Assembly (NCBI GenBank): GCA_963711565.1
Contig: CAVQEQ010000004.1
Span: forward strand, 1,408,001-1,472,000
Origin: an uncultured delta proteobacterium
GTDB taxonomy: Bacteria > Desulfobacterota > Binatia > Binatales > Binataceae
DNA length: 64,000 nt
Reading direction: 5' to 3'
The notes beneath the pieces are model-generated. The model made no database searches. It was not told where the DNA came from and saw only the letters and a program-made list of their open reading frames with translations. The translations under genes were made by a program, and so were the position numbers. Shown piece by piece: positions 38,352 to 47,572 of the stretch. Within the stretch, counting starts at the first letter, position 1, and the number at the start of each line of letters is the position of its first letter.

Positions 38352-38678
38352 ATGACTCAGGAATATCCGGTCGATCGCGCGAAGGTAGAAGCCCGGAAAC
38401 CAATCCATCCCGGCGTCATCTTCGCCGAAGATGTGATGCCCGAACTGCGGCGCAATCGGACTATCGGTGAAATCGCTACGTTGCTCGGCATCAGCAGACA
38501 GACGTTGCATCGAGTGATGGCCGGAGAGATGGCGATCAGCGCTGATATGGCGGCGCGTCTGGGCAAGCTCTGTGGCAACGGTCCGGGAATCTGGATCAGG
38601 CTGCAGGGGCGTTACGATACCTGGGAAGCAACGCGTCGGCTACGCAAAGAACTGAAGAAGATTCCGACGCTCGCATAA
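38352..38678 (+). CDS. higA: Type II TA antitoxin HigA (XRE-family HTH)
   Basis: PIHPG, A..LGISRQTL, ISADMAARLGK..GNGP..W..LQ..YD motifs. Confidence 0.9.
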   Translation: MTQEYPVDRAKVEARKPIHPGVIFAEDVMPELRRNRTIGEIATLLGISRQTLHRVMAGEMAISADMAARLGKLCGNGPGIWIRLQGRYDTWEATRRLRKELKKIPTLA

Positions 38679-38732
38679 GAGACCCGACAATCCGGCATGG
38701 ATCGAACCGGCGCGGTTGCCGTATTCCTGAGC

Positions 38733-38757
38733 CGCGGGCAGGGCCGCCCGCGCCACT
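38733..38757 (-). repeat. GTRG-type REP-like hairpin
   Basis: Minus strand AGTGG-CGCGGGC-GGCCCT-GCCCGCG; same layout as 41797-41823; lies between convergent genes. Confidence 0.5.
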
Positions 38758-38782
38758 GAGGTTGTGATTGCCGGCGGTCGAA

Positions 38783-40174
38783 TCAAACTTCGATGGTTTC
38801 CCAGTGGCCGGTTTGGAAGCGCCAGACTTTTACTGTCGAGCGGACGATGTAGTCGGCCAGCAGGGACCACCAGATGTAGTTGATGCTGCCGCCGTGATAC
38901 CAAATCAGAATTGTCAGGAAGAGGCGCATTCCGTAGAAGCCTGCCAGCGAGCCGTAGAGCGGGAACTGCGAGTCGCCCGCGCCGCGCAGTGCGCCGGTGA
39001 TTGTCCAATCTATTGCCATCAGCGGCTGCGCGGCGGCGAGTGCGTACATGAACTGCACGGTGTACTCGATGACCGTTTTGTCGTCGATGAAGAGCGCCGC
39101 AATCCAGTGAGCGAAGACGATAAACAGCAGGCCCATCGCGGTCATCAGCACTATCGACATCCTCGTCGCTTCCCATCCCGCTTTGCGCGAGAAGACCGGG
39201 TCGCGCGCACCGAGACCCTGGCCGACGAGCGTGGCGGAGGCCGATGAGAATCCGAAGCCGGGCAGGAATGACAGCGCGAGGATTCGGACACCGATGAAAT
39301 ACGCGGCGATTTCCTTGGCGCCGTAACGCGCGATGAATCCGACATAGGCGACGAAGCCGAACTGGATCAGCAACTGCTCGATGGCGGCGGGATTGCCGAC
39401 GCTGAGAATCCGGCGGCCGAGGCCGAAGTCGGGCCACAGGCCTTTCCATCGGAAGTTGAGGACCATGCCGGGAATCGACAAGGCGTAGAAAAACAGGATC
39501 CCGCCGAACGCGATCGCGATTAAGGTCGCGATCGCCGAGCCGTCAACGCCGAGCGCGGGAAATCCGAGCTTGCCGAAGATGAGCACGTAGTTGAGGAAGA
39601 TTGCGAGCACGTCGATGATGCCGCCGATCCACAGCGGCGTGCGCGTGTCGCCGGCGCCGCGCAGCGCCGACGCGCACATCAGGAAGATGCCCTGGAACGG
39701 CTCCGACAGCATCACGACTTGTAGGTATCGAGCGCCCATGTCGGCCATCTGGCCGTGGACCTGGAACAGTTCGAGCAGCGGATGCGCGAAAATGATTACG
39801 GGGATCGCGATGATGGTCGAAACCAATACGCCGAAGACCACCGACTGCTTGAGCACTTCCTCGGCGCTGTCGCGATCGTTCGCACCGACGTAACGCGCGA
39901 CCAGCGCAATCGTGCCGGTGCCGACGGCTGCGATGCCCGCGCGCACCGCACCGAGGATTTGCGTGGCGAGTCCGACCGCGCCGACCGCGTCCGCGCCGAG
40001 CCGCCCGACCATCAGCATCGAGGAGAGGCCGAGAATCGAATCGAGGCCGAACGAAAGGATCACCGGCCACGCGAGCGCCCACACCTCGAAGCGCATCCGC
40101 GAGATCGGCGGCAGGGTCATCGCGACCCCGCCCCGCGCACCAACGTCGGGGGCCGCTTCGAGAAACTCGGACAT
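38783..40174 (-). CDS. MATE family efflux transporter
   Basis: LAWPVI, MVGRLGADAVGAVG, LRGAGDTRTP, N..LIFG.LGFPALGV.G.A.AT and second-half LVGQ.LGA motifs; about 12 TM helices. Confidence 0.93.
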   Translation of the reverse strand: MSEFLEAAPDVGARGGVAMTLPPISRMRFEVWALAWPVILSFGLDSILGLSSMLMVGRLGADAVGAVGLATQILGAVRAGIAAVGTGTIALVARYVGANDRDSAEEVLKQSVVFGVLVSTIIAIPVIIFAHPLLELFQVHGQMADMGARYLQVVMLSEPFQGIFLMCASALRGAGDTRTPLWIGGIIDVLAIFLNYVLIFGKLGFPALGVDGSAIATLIAIAFGGILFFYALSIPGMVLNFRWKGLWPDFGLGRRILSVGNPAAIEQLLIQFGFVAYVGFIARYGAKEIAAYFIGVRILALSFLPGFGFSSASATLVGQGLGARDPVFSRKAGWEATRMSIVLMTAMGLLFIVFAHWIAALFIDDKTVIEYTVQFMYALAAAQPLMAIDWTITGALRGAGDSQFPLYGSLAGFYGMRLFLTILIWYHGGSINYIWWSLLADYIVRSTVKVWRFQTGHWETIEV

Positions 40175-40270
40175 GATTGAGATCAGTTACGCCAGCACGA
40201 GGCGTGATAGTCAATGGACTGCGCGCGCGCACGCTCATGAAGATCGTGCGGGCGCGGGAAATCCGCTACT

Positions 40271-41782
40271 ATGCCGTGCACGAAGCCGGTGGAGATGAGG
40301 CAGGCAGGTTCAGCCACGATAGAATCGGCGCCGCGAGCGGAACCTTCGCGCCGGGAGCTGTGGTCGCGCCGGCCGGTACAAATCTTCGCCGCGATCTTCG
40401 GCGTCGCGGCAGTCATCTACTCGTATCGGCTTGGCGCGGACGCGCTCGGCGCGAGCGAGGCGTTCAGCGCATGGTCGGCGGCGAAGCCGGGAATCGGCGC
40501 GATTGCGCGCACGCCGATACTGTACGAGCCGGGAAAATTTCTTTTCTACTACGGCGCGCTTCATTACTACACGCGGATTTTCGGGTTGAGCGAAGTCTCG
40601 TTGCGCTCGATGTCGGTAGTCCTTTCGATTGCGACGCTCGCGCTGGTGTTCGCGCTCGGCTGCGAAATGTTCGACGACAATACGGCGCTCGCCGCGGCCG
40701 CGATCTGGGCATTCAACCCGTTCGCGGTGGTGTTCGCGCACACGGCGCGAATGTACCCGATGATCCTGATGCTGGCGCTCGCGCAACTCCTGATGTTGTG
40801 GCGAATCCGCAGGCGGCCGAACGCAAGCCTCGCCGTGTTGTGCGGTGTCGTCGGCGCCGCGCTGCTCTACACCCACATGGGCGGGATTCTGTTCATCGGA
40901 GCGGCGCTGGCAATGCTCGTCCGCGATTACATCCGCGGGCGGCGAAATCCGATGCCGTGGCTGGCGATGGCAGTGACGCTGGTGCTGTTCGTGCCGTACG
41001 TGCCGGTGCTTCGCGCGCAGAGCGAGACGATGATCTCGGGCCATTGGCTCGATTGGATCGGCACTCAGTATGAATATCCACTCTGGATCAAAGTGGCGTC
41101 GGTGCTCGGAGCCGCCGCGGTCTGCGCCTGGTTTGTATTCGGTGCAAGCCCGGAATTGGATCGCGACGACAGACTCCGCTGGGTTGCCGCCTGGACGATC
41201 CTGCCGGGACTCGTGCTCGCTGCGGGCTCGATCGCGATTCGCCCGGCATTCAATCTGCGGTACATCGCGCCGTCGCTCGCCACGGCCGCATTGCTGATCG
41301 CAGCCGGAGTCGCGCAGGTGAGCGTGAAATGGCGGAATCTCACGGCGGCAGGATTCGCGCTGGTGTGCTTGATCATGCTGCCGTTCGATCGAACCAGAGC
41401 GCAGCCGTGGCGAGAGATTGCCGCGCAAGTGGCGACAGAAGGTGGAGCGGCTGATCCGGTTTTCTTTGAAGCGGGGTTCGTGTCGAACGACAACGCGCCG
41501 AACGTTCCGAACGGCGGATTTCCATTCGGCTTCTACTCGATTCCGTTCGATTACTACTTCAAGGGCGCCAATCCGCGAATAGCTATTCCGGGATTCGATA
41601 GTGCGGCTGCGCGAACGACTATTGAGGAACGGGTGTCATCGGCGGGCGGCGGATGGCTTGTCAGTTGGAAGGAAGGCGATGCGATAAACTCCGAGCTGCC
41701 TGATTCGAAGCGGTTCAAGACCGTCGAGAAGTACAGCAGCGACCGCCTGGCGTTTTACCGGATCACGCCGGCGCACAAATGA
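40271..41782 (+). CDS. GT-C fold membrane glycosyltransferase (family 39/PMT-like); start uncertain
   Basis: YY..LH....FG.SE.SLR..S, ARMY and LYTH motifs; multiple TM helices plus a periplasmic C-terminal domain. Confidence 0.78.
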   Translation: MPCTKPVEMRQAGSATIESAPRAEPSRRELWSRRPVQIFAAIFGVAAVIYSYRLGADALGASEAFSAWSAAKPGIGAIARTPILYEPGKFLFYYGALHYYTRIFGLSEVSLRSMSVVLSIATLALVFALGCEMFDDNTALAAAAIWAFNPFAVVFAHTARMYPMILMLALAQLLMLWRIRRRPNASLAVLCGVVGAALLYTHMGGILFIGAALAMLVRDYIRGRRNPMPWLAMAVTLVLFVPYVPVLRAQSETMISGHWLDWIGTQYEYPLWIKVASVLGAAAVCAWFVFGASPELDRDDRLRWVAAWTILPGLVLAAGSIAIRPAFNLRYIAPSLATAALLIAAGVAQVSVKWRNLTAAGFALVCLIMLPFDRTRAQPWREIAAQVATEGGAADPVFFEAGFVSNDNAPNVPNGGFPFGFYSIPFDYYFKGANPRIAIPGFDSAAARTTIEERVSSAGGGWLVSWKEGDAINSELPDSKRFKTVEKYSSDRLAFYRITPAHK

Positions 41783-41796
41783 GATGGACAAAGAAA

Positions 41797-41823
41797 GGCG
41801 GGCACGGCGGCCCGCCCCACTAC
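41797..41823 (-). repeat. GTRG-type REP-like hairpin, possibly a bidirectional terminator
   Basis: Minus strand GTAGTGG-GGCGGGC-CGCCGT-GCCCGCC, between convergent genes; adjacent AT-rich ATACAAA iterations at 41821-41847. Confidence 0.55.
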
Positions 41824-41879
41824 ATATACAAAATATACAAATACAAAGCGCTGCAACTGCTGGTCGCGTTGCGCGGAGA

Positions 41880-43943
41880 TTACGCGGCTTGCGAGGTTTG
41901 CGGTATCGCCATCGAGCCTGCGCCTACCCGGATCGGGAGAATCACGAGACTGTAGCCGTAGAGCTGCAGCCAGTTCTGGATTTCGACTGAGGTGTGATTG
42001 TGCAGGAAGCGGCCGATAAACCCTTCGACCTCGTCGGAGAAGATGAGCTTGCCGGCGAAGAACACGACGTGCGGAAATTCGTGCGCGACCTCCAGGCATA
42101 GACGCCGCAGCTCGACGACCACGTCGGGCGCCAAACCGGCGCGCAATTCGGGATGCATCCCCAGGTCGGCGGCGAACTGGCAATATTCGTTAAGGTCCTC
42201 GGACATTCGCGTCTCGAGCTCGTGCACTTCTTCGGGACCCTTAAGCAGCGCCGCATCGACTTCACCGACTCCGATGAAAACGACGTTGCGGAATTCGTCC
42301 TTGAACAACTGTGTGACCGCGATTAGCGTCGCCAGGCCGAGGCCGTTGAATCCGCTGACCAGGATGGCAGCTGTCGGCGCGTCGGGATCTCGCTTGGCGG
42401 GCTCGAGCTTCTTGACCGCATACAGTTTCGGCAGGATGTCGGCCTCAAGCTGCTCGATTGCCTTCGAGACCCGCTCGTAGTGATGCCGCACCGTGTAACA
42501 CACCGCGATCAATCCGCCCGTGATAACGACGGTCACCCATCCGCCGTCGTGGAACTTGAGCGTGAGCGTGATCACCAGGATCGTCGCCGTGAAGATTGTG
42601 CCGACGCCGTTGATGCTCATCTTGCGGAGCCATCGCTTTTCGTTCTTGCGCTCGATCCACCAATGCGTAGTCATCCCGAGCTGCGAGAGCGTGAACGTCA
42701 CGAAGACGTTGATCGCATACAGGACGACCAGCAGGTCGACCTTCGCCTCGGTGCCGATGAGCAGCAGGATTGCGGCGAGCCCGATGGTGATGACGCCGTC
42801 CTGCGTCACTAGCCGTGCGCTCAGGTTTGCGAACCGCCTCGGCAGCCATCGGTCGGTCGCCATCGTAGCGAGCACGCGCGGTCCGTCGACGAACCCGGTC
42901 TGCGCGGCGACGAACAGCAGCGCGCCCTCGGTCAGCAGCGCGAAGGTGATTATCAACGGCCCGATCTGCCATCCGAACAGATGCCAGTTGGTCGCAAGCC
43001 GCTCGAACATGACGGCATTGAGTGTCTTGCCGGGCTCGGCGTCAACGTTGAGCAGCAGATAGCCGAGTAGAATTCCGCCCGCGAGGAAAGCGAGCGACAC
43101 CGCCATGTACATCATCGTGCGCTTGCCGGTCTCGGCGCGCGGCTCGCGCAGAATCGGCAGGCCGTTGCTCACTGCCTCGATTCCCGTGTAGGTGCCACCG
43201 CCAAGGCTGTAGGCGCGGAAGAAAATCACCGCGAGCGCGAGCATCCCAATACTGTTCGAGCTGGCGTGGACCTCGCGCACAGCGTGTCCGACGATTGTCG
43301 GCAACTCCGGCGCGCGGCTCAGGATCGCGTAGCCGACCAGCCACACATGCATCACGATGAACGCGATGAAGATCGGCAGGAGCGACAGCACCGATTCCTT
43401 CACTCCGCGCAGGTTCATCAGGACCATCAGCACGACGACCAAAATGCACAGCCAGAACTTGTAGGGCAGCCATGAGACGGGCAGGAAGCTGAAGATGGCG
43501 TCGGCGCCGCTGGCGATTGAAATCGCAATGGTCAGCACGTAGTCCACGACCAGCGCCGAGCCGGAGATCAGGCCGAAATATTTGCCGAGCAATTTGGTCG
43601 CGACCAGGTAGCCGCCGCCGCCCGTCGGGAACAGATCGATCGTCTGCGAGTATGATGCGGAAATAATAAAGACGGTCAGCGCCATCAGCATCGCGAGGAA
43701 CACGGCGAGGTACTGATGATGTCCGAGCGCGAGGAAGGCTTCCTCGGGACCATAGCAGGAGGAGCTCAGGCCGTCGGAGCCCAGGCCCACCCAGGCGAGA
43801 AACGCGATCAAAGACAGGCTATGGAAGATTTCGGGATCGCGAACGTCGCGCGGCGGTCCTATCAGGACGTCGCTAATAGTGCGCTTGCCCGACTTCGCGC
43901 TGCTCGAGCTAGTGGTTTTCGAGCCGATGATTGGTGCTGCCAT
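41880..43943 (-). CDS. APC superfamily permease (YdaO/KimA-like potassium or amino acid transporter)
   Basis: GLGSDGLSSSCYGPEE, GGGGYLVA, DYVLTIAIS, NLRGVKES, TGIEAVSNG and LYAINVF motifs; cytosolic C-terminal domain. Confidence 0.85.
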   Translation of the reverse strand: MAAPIIGSKTTSSSSAKSGKRTISDVLIGPPRDVRDPEIFHSLSLIAFLAWVGLGSDGLSSSCYGPEEAFLALGHHQYLAVFLAMLMALTVFIISASYSQTIDLFPTGGGGYLVATKLLGKYFGLISGSALVVDYVLTIAISIASGADAIFSFLPVSWLPYKFWLCILVVVLMVLMNLRGVKESVLSLLPIFIAFIVMHVWLVGYAILSRAPELPTIVGHAVREVHASSNSIGMLALAVIFFRAYSLGGGTYTGIEAVSNGLPILREPRAETGKRTMMYMAVSLAFLAGGILLGYLLLNVDAEPGKTLNAVMFERLATNWHLFGWQIGPLIITFALLTEGALLFVAAQTGFVDGPRVLATMATDRWLPRRFANLSARLVTQDGVITIGLAAILLLIGTEAKVDLLVVLYAINVFVTFTLSQLGMTTHWWIERKNEKRWLRKMSINGVGTIFTATILVITLTLKFHDGGWVTVVITGGLIAVCYTVRHHYERVSKAIEQLEADILPKLYAVKKLEPAKRDPDAPTAAILVSGFNGLGLATLIAVTQLFKDEFRNVVFIGVGEVDAALLKGPEEVHELETRMSEDLNEYCQFAADLGMHPELRAGLAPDVVVELRRLCLEVAHEFPHVVFFAGKLIFSDEVEGFIGRFLHNHTSVEIQNWLQLYGYSLVILPIRVGAGSMAIPQTSQAA

Positions 43944-44036
43944 TCGAGTGTGCGACGGTCCGCTCTTGCAATTTGCAAATCTACGGGAAAATCAAAGATT
44001 GCGCAAAGCAATGCGGCGCAGTCGTCGCAGGTCGTC

Positions 44037-44939
44037 TCACACTGTGTAGACGGCGCGCGGCAATCCGAGCTGATAGCGCGTCGCGTCGATCAGGTTCTGC
44101 ATCAGCGCGACCACGGTCATCGGACCGGTGCCACCGGGATTGAGCGTGATCCACCCCGCGACTTCTTTCACGGCTTCGAAATCGACATCGCCAACGAACT
44201 GGCCGGGGCCGACTCGGCGGAAGCCCACGTCAATCACGCATGCGCCAGGCTTCACCATATCGGACGTGATGAGGTACGGGCGGCCGGTGTCGGCGCCGAC
44301 GCATGGGATGAGGATGTCAGCCTCGCGGCAAATCGCGGCGAGACTGCGCGTGTGGCGATGGCACCACGTAATCGTCGCGTTGCGCAGTCGTCCGCCAAGT
44401 ATCAGCGCGGTCGGCTTGCCCGCGATATCGCTGCGCCCGATGACGACGGTGCGCGCTCCGTCAACGGGCACCTTGTAGTAGTCGAGCAACGTGAGCACGC
44501 CGCGCGGAGTGCATGGGATAAAGCGTCCCCACCGGCCGCGATAAAAGCCTCCGACGCTGGCCGAGCTGACGGCGTCGAGATCTTTTTCAGGCACGATCGC
44601 ATCGAACAGACGGAAGCGATCGACGGAATCGGGGATCGGCAACTGCAGCAGGATCGCGTTGACGCGCGCGTCGGCGTTGAGCTCCTCGATCAGGGCCAGC
44701 AACGCGTTAGTGCTCGCGTCCGCGGACTTCATTCGCACTGTACGGCTGTCGCATCCAAGCTCGGCCGCCACCCGCTGTTTGTTCTTGACGTATTGCCGCG
44801 ACGCGGGATCGTCGCCGACCAGGATCGCCGCCAGCGACGGCGTGCATCCGAACTTGCTCTTGAGCTCGTCAACGTTGGCGCGCAATTCCGGCATCAGATG
44901 CGCGCTGAGCGCCCGGCCATCCATGATGATTGCAGCCAT
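44037..44939 (-). CDS. folD: Bifunctional methylenetetrahydrofolate dehydrogenase/cyclohydrolase
   Basis: VGDDPAS..YV.NK, LLQLP, PCTP.G, GRS.I.GKP, IDVG and PGG.GPMTV motifs. Confidence 0.93.
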   Translation of the reverse strand: MAAIIMDGRALSAHLMPELRANVDELKSKFGCTPSLAAILVGDDPASRQYVKNKQRVAAELGCDSRTVRMKSADASTNALLALIEELNADARVNAILLQLPIPDSVDRFRLFDAIVPEKDLDAVSSASVGGFYRGRWGRFIPCTPRGVLTLLDYYKVPVDGARTVVIGRSDIAGKPTALILGGRLRNATITWCHRHTRSLAAICREADILIPCVGADTGRPYLITSDMVKPGACVIDVGFRRVGPGQFVGDVDFEAVKEVAGWITLNPGGTGPMTVVALMQNLIDATRYQLGLPRAVYTV

Positions 44940-45068
44940 CGGGTACGATTCGATTATAGCACCGGTATGCGCCGAGCAAGGCGCTGTGGACAGAAGTCGG
45001 CGCTTGTTGGCAGATCACGCGGGGTCGTCTCGTTCGACTGGAAGGGGTCTGTTAGAATTTTGCCGCTG

Positions 45069-46199
45069 ATGAATGCGCCCAAGCGCACTGTTCTGTTCGA
45101 CCTTCACCAAAAACTCGGCGCGCGGATGACGGTTTTCGGTGGTTTCGAGATGCCCGTCAGTTACAGCGGGATTATCGAGGAGCATCTTGCGGTCCGCAAT
45201 TCGGCGGGAATTTTCGATCTGAGTCACATGGGCGAGTTTGAAATCAGCGGGCCGCACGCGCTTGCGACGATCGAGCGCGCGTTCACCAATTCCGCGGCGC
45301 GGCTGAAGCTCGGGCAGGCGCAGTACACGATTATGTGCGCGGAGGACGGCGGCACGCTCGACGACCTGATCGTGTATCGGCTCGAATCGGAGCGCTACAT
45401 GCTCTGCGTCAACGCGTCCAATATCGACGCGGACCGCGAATGGATCGTCGAGCTCAACGGTGGACGCGCGAAGTTCGAGGACGTGAGCGACGCGACCGCG
45501 CTGATCGCGGTGCAGGGGCCGGTGGCCGTCGCGATACTGGCGATTCTCGCGGATTTCCCGATCGCCGACGTCCCGCGTTTCGGAATCGCCGGCGGACAAG
45601 TCGCCGGCATCACCTGCCTGGCTGCGCGAACCGGCTATACCGGCGAAGACGGCTTCGAACTATTCGTGGACAACGACGGCGCGCGGCAATTGTTTGAGGC
45701 GATCCTCGACGCCGGCGCGGCGGCCAATGCCAAGCCGGTCGGGCTGGGTGCACGCGACACGTTGCGGCTCGAAGCGGGACTTCCGCTTTACGGTCACGAA
45801 CTCGATCGCAATTCGTCGCCGCTAGAAGCGGGCCTGAGCACGTTCGTAAAGCTCGGTCGCGACTTCGTCGGCAGCGCGGCACTCACGACGCAACGGGACA
45901 TGGGCCTGAAGAAAAAATTGATCGGACTGCAGACTGACGACGGCAGGATGGTCGCGCGCCAGGGCTACCGCGTCTTTCGAAACGGCGACGAGGCCGGCGT
46001 CATCACGAGCGGGACGTTCGCGCCGTCGATTCAACGACCGATCGCGATGGCGTATCTGAACATCGCGGGCAAAAATCCACCGGCCGTCGGCGAGCCGCTC
46101 GAAGTTGAAATTCGCGAGCGCAAAACTCGCGCGACAATCGTGCGGCGCCCGTTCTATCGGCACGGCGAAGACCATGCGGCATCAACTGCGAGCGTATGA
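45069..46199 (+). CDS. gcvT: Glycine cleavage system aminomethyltransferase T
   Basis: FGGFEMPV.Y, EHLAVR..AGIFDLSHMG, RTGYTGEDGFE and GLGARDTLRLEAG motifs. True start is ATG 45069; the track's 43716 start is a spurious extension. Confidence 0.95.
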   Translation: MNAPKRTVLFDLHQKLGARMTVFGGFEMPVSYSGIIEEHLAVRNSAGIFDLSHMGEFEISGPHALATIERAFTNSAARLKLGQAQYTIMCAEDGGTLDDLIVYRLESERYMLCVNASNIDADREWIVELNGGRAKFEDVSDATALIAVQGPVAVAILAILADFPIADVPRFGIAGGQVAGITCLAARTGYTGEDGFELFVDNDGARQLFEAILDAGAAANAKPVGLGARDTLRLEAGLPLYGHELDRNSSPLEAGLSTFVKLGRDFVGSAALTTQRDMGLKKKLIGLQTDDGRMVARQGYRVFRNGDEAGVITSGTFAPSIQRPIAMAYLNIAGKNPPAVGEPLEVEIRERKTRATIVRRPFYRHGEDHAASTASV

Positions 46200-46222
46200 T
46201 TGAATGAGGACAAACTGATTCC

Positions 46223-47572
46223 ATGAGATTCATGCCACATACCGACGGCGACGTCGCGGCGATGCTCGAAACGATCGGCGCGAAGCATCTCGACGATCTG
46301 ATAGCGCACGTGCCGGCGAACTTGCGCGCAAGTGCGGCGATCGATCTCGACCCGGGGTGCAGCGAAGCGGATGTCGTTCGCGAGATTTCGGCGCTGGCGG
46401 CGCGCAATACTGGCGCGTCGGGGTTCACGAGCTTCCTGGGCGCCGGCTACTATCGACATTTTGTGCCTGCCGCGGTGCGCGCCGTGATCGCGCGCGCGGA
46501 GTTCGCGACCAGCTACACGCCGTACCAGGCCGAGGCGAGCCAGGGGACCACGCAGGCAATTTTCGAATTTCAGACATTGATCACCCAGCTCACCGCGATG
46601 GAAGTCGCCAACGCCAGTATGTACGACGGCGCGTCGGCTGCCGCCGAGGCGGTCCTGATGGCGCGACGGGTGATGCCGAAACGCCCGGTCGTCGCGCTGT
46701 CACGAGCGCTGTGGCCGGACTATCGCGCGACCATCCGCACCTACCTGAGCGCGCTCAAAGGAATCGAGATCGTCGAAGTACCATTTGATGATACGACCGG
46801 CGCGACCGATGCCGCCGCGCTCGATCGTATCGCCAACGATCGGCTGCTTTGCACGGTTACCGGCTATCCCAACGCGTTGGGCGTCATCGAGCCTCTTGCC
46901 TCTATTACTGAAAAAACGCATCGCGCAGGCGCTCTCGCGATTTCCGCGACTGCCGAGGGAATCGCGCTGGGACTGCTGCGCGCGCCCGGCGAACTGGGCG
47001 TCGATATCGCAGTCGGCGAAGGTCAAAGTTTCGGGCTGCCGCTGCAATTCGGCGGACCCGGCGTCGGCTTCATGGCCGCACGAACGACTCATCTGCGCCA
47101 GATGCCGGGACGCCTAGTCGGACAGACTCGCGATCGCGACGGTCGCCGCGCGTTTTGCCTCACGCTGAACACGCGTGAGCAGCATATTCGCCGCGAACGC
47201 GCGACCTCGAACATCTGTACCAACCATTCTCTGTGCGCGCTCGCGGCGACGGTCTATCTCTCGCTGATGGGCCGCAGCGGACTGCGCGAACTGGCGGAAC
47301 GAAACGTCGAACTGTCGCATCGAGCGGCTGACGTGCTGGAGGCCGCCGGAATCCGCCGTCGCTTCTCGGGGCCGTTCTTCAACGAATTCGCGTTGAAGCT
47401 CGCGAATCCCGCAGCCGCTCTGGAAGCGGCCGAGCGCAACCAAATCCTCGCGGGCGTCGCGCTCGGCAACGACTACCCCGAGCTTCGCGACGCGCTTCTG
47501 GTTTCTGTAACCGAGATGAATCGTGGCGATGAGTTCGGCCGGCTTGCGGCGGCAATTGCGGAGGTGCGGTGA
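46223..47572 (+). CDS. gcvPA: Glycine dehydrogenase (decarboxylating) subunit 1
   Basis: FLGAGYY, YTPYQAEASQG, NASMYDGA and TREQHIRRERATSNICTN motifs. Confidence 0.96.
   Translation: MRFMPHTDGDVAAMLETIGAKHLDDLIAHVPANLRASAAIDLDPGCSEADVVREISALAARNTGASGFTSFLGAGYYRHFVPAAVRAVIARAEFATSYTPYQAEASQGTTQAIFEFQTLITQLTAMEVANASMYDGASAAAEAVLMARRVMPKRPVVALSRALWPDYRATIRTYLSALKGIEIVEVPFDDTTGATDAAALDRIANDRLLCTVTGYPNALGVIEPLASITEKTHRAGALAISATAEGIALGLLRAPGELGVDIAVGEGQSFGLPLQFGGPGVGFMAARTTHLRQMPGRLVGQTRDRDGRRAFCLTLNTREQHIRRERATSNICTNHSLCALAATVYLSLMGRSGLRELAERNVELSHRAADVLEAAGIRRRFSGPFFNEFALKLANPAAALEAAERNQILAGVALGNDYPELRDALLVSVTEMNRGDEFGRLAAAIAEVR

Noticed and set aside
41821-41847. Possible CRISPR or iteron array
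   Set aside because: Only about three imperfect 7-9 nt units, with no spacers and no cas or rep genes.
43944-44036. Possible c-di-AMP (ydaO) riboswitch before the KimA-like permease
   Set aside because: Only 93 bp and no recognisable conserved motif.
43716-45068. 827-aa ORF suggesting a long N-terminal fusion to GcvT
   Set aside because: The extension is the antisense shadow of folD and the permease start; GcvT homology begins at ATG 45069, which has its own -10 box.
44940-45068. Possible glycine riboswitch upstream of gcvT
   Set aside because: No GGAGA / CCGAAG / CTCAGG aptamer layout; the spacer is short and occupied by divergent promoter-like boxes.
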